Source of the DNA: Eledone cirrhosa
Taxonomy: Eukaryota
Length of the DNA: 64,000 nt
NCBI GenBank assembly: GCA_964016885.1
Contig: OZ024742.1
Location: 205,282,001-205,346,000, forward strand
Direction of reading: 5' to 3'
Each line of letters starts with the position of its first letter. Position 1 is the stretch's first letter. The notes beneath the pieces are model-generated. The model saw only the letters and a program-made list of their open reading frames with translations, was not told where the DNA came from and searched no databases. Below, piece by piece: positions 62,241 to 64,000 of this stretch. Both the position numbers and the translations under genes were made by a program.

Positions 62241-62276
<36 letters not shown>

Positions 62277-63331
62277 GAGGAATGACAGTCATTCTTCCAG
62301 AAACAGAATACTGTATATTATGGTAGTTATTACTGAAGGCGTGTGGCTGAGTGGTTAGAGAATTATATTCGCAATCGTAAGGTTATGAGTTTGATTCCTG
62401 GACCAGGCGATGCGTTATGTCCTTGAGCAAGACACTTTATTTCACGTTGCTCCTTCTACCTGGAGTTACGACCGATAAATAGTATTAGCAATTGGAAAGA
62501 CCAACGGAAACATTGTTCCCTCGGTCCGATTTGACAAAAAAGTCGATCGTTCCTATATTACTTATAAATTTTGCCTATTACTTTCCCCTGTTTATTTAAA
62601 GAATTAACTAATGCTTCTGGAGGTGGTTCTCTGATTGTTTCACTGCTATCTTTTGGTTATTGTCTTTTAATTCTCTCACTCACTCTCTTTCTCTCTGTAG
62701 GATCTTTTGCAAGTGTTTAATGTAACACAGTGTAAATTAACCTATCTAAATGTACTTTTAAAGCAGGGATCCCTAAATTTATTAGACCATCAACCCCTTC
62801 ATAGAAGCCTTGAGCCCCAGGCATGTACAAAAATATATTAGTCAGAAAACAATATAAAATAAATATACAACAAAGACTAATTGTATATATAAAAGTAAAT
62901 TGTATTTTTTTATGTATTTTCATTTCTTATACAAATGTCAGGTTTTGGCCCCAAAGTTCCATTGATCCTCTGGGTAGTGACATCGATCCCTGGTTGTAGT
63001 CCCATTGCCTCTCTGGGGAATCTGTTTTAAAACGTTCTGTTAAAGTTTTGGGATATTGTTGAAGATTTTAAATAACCTTAACATTTGTGTTTTGTATTAG
63101 TATAAATTATAAATATATATATTAATTTTTATAAGTATAAATTATAATGGAAGTTATTTTATAGTCTTGTTAAATACTATTATTCTTTATTATTTTATAA
63201 ATTTTCATTATTATTCTATAAAATTTTCATTATTATTATTCTATAAAATGAAAAAATAATATTTTCGAAAGCTAATGCAATTCTATATTGTAGTATCAGC
63301 TTCCACTGATGTATTAAAACAAATCATACCA

Positions 63332-63626
63332 ATCACACTACACTACTCCACACTATACCATACCATACCACACCACACCACACCATACACCTCACTACAC
63401 TATACCACACTACACCATACACCACACACTACACCATCACACCACATGCTACACCACCTCACTACACCATACTACACCATACACCACATATCTCACGAAA
63501 CACCTCACTACACTATACCACACTACACCAAACGTTACACTACACCATCACACCATACACTACACCACCACACCATACACTACACCACAGATTTCTCCAC
63601 ACACTACACCACACACCACACACCAC
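63332..63626. repeat. degenerate (CACTA/CACCA)n CA-rich simple repeat
   Basis: Visible pentanucleotide periodicity; it accounts for the H/T/Y-rich ORF 63275-63727. Confidence 0.9.
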
Positions 63627-63684
63627 GCTATATTCCCCTCCCTGTATTCTTCACAATTGTCATTGGCTTTCTTCTTGTCTTCAG

Positions 63685-63723
63685 ACTCCATCTCCGCCAA
63701 TACAAAACACATGTCAAGTACAG
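63685..63723 (+). CDS. candidate 39-nt in-frame cassette exon (TPSPPIQNTCQVQ)
   Basis: Acceptor ctttcttcttgtcttcag|, donor CAG|gtaagta; phase 0-0, matching exon 20; no stop codon. No homology support. Confidence 0.5.
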
Positions 63724-63939
63724 GTAAGTATTTATAGTTGAGATTATTGCATCAAAACTGTTATACAGTCTCAAAATTGGATGTTGCTGTTGTTGCTGTT
63801 GTTCTTACATACAAACTGTTTATATATATATAATCACTCGTGCGCACACATACACACATTATCATCATCATTTAACATCTGTTTTCCCTGCTAGCAAAGA
63901 TTATTTAGTTATAAATCAAAGTTGTGGCTGCAGCAGAGC

Positions 63940-63987
<48 letters not shown>

Positions 63988-64000
63988 TCCTGCATGGCTA

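Noticed and set aside
63275-63727. 150-aa His/Thr/Tyr-rich ORF
   Set aside because: It is the translation of a stop-free CA-rich simple repeat; the candidate exon inside it uses a different frame.

Overview
AT-rich, repeat-dense eukaryotic (animal) genomic DNA. The SINE/LINE repertoire looks like that of an octopod cephalopod (inference, not a database result). The window is dominated by one + strand intron-rich gene for the AP-1/AP-2 adaptor beta subunit (beta-adaptin). I traced 20 coding exons by hand from the ATG at 12659 to 57860 (2718 nt, 906 codons, all GT-AG, phases consistent). The non-coding first exon was not located and the conserved last exon (LSLK...) was not found, so it probably lies beyond the window. 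Introns and upstream DNA hold two long RTE-clade LINEs in opposite orientations, one nearly intact two-ORF CR1/L2-type LINE, a Penelope-like (GIY-YIG) fragment, three CRE-like (RLE) relics, many tRNA-derived SINEs with target-site duplications, hAT/piggyBac/Tc1-like MITEs and several minisatellites. Most notable: (i) several hammerhead-ribozyme-like motifs, including an inverted pair and a 56-bp-arm hairpin folded back at the ribozyme's stem II; (ii) a G_GGA_AAC slippery site joining CR1 ORF1 to an ATG-less ORF2 in the -1 frame; (iii) a candidate 39-nt in-frame exon at 63685-63723; (iv) a 2-kb array of a doubly palindromic 29-mer whose unexpanded monomer is also in the window; (v) two LINEs broken only by a +1 base in an 8-nt homopolymer. 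No CRISPR, rRNA or genuine tRNA gene was seen.
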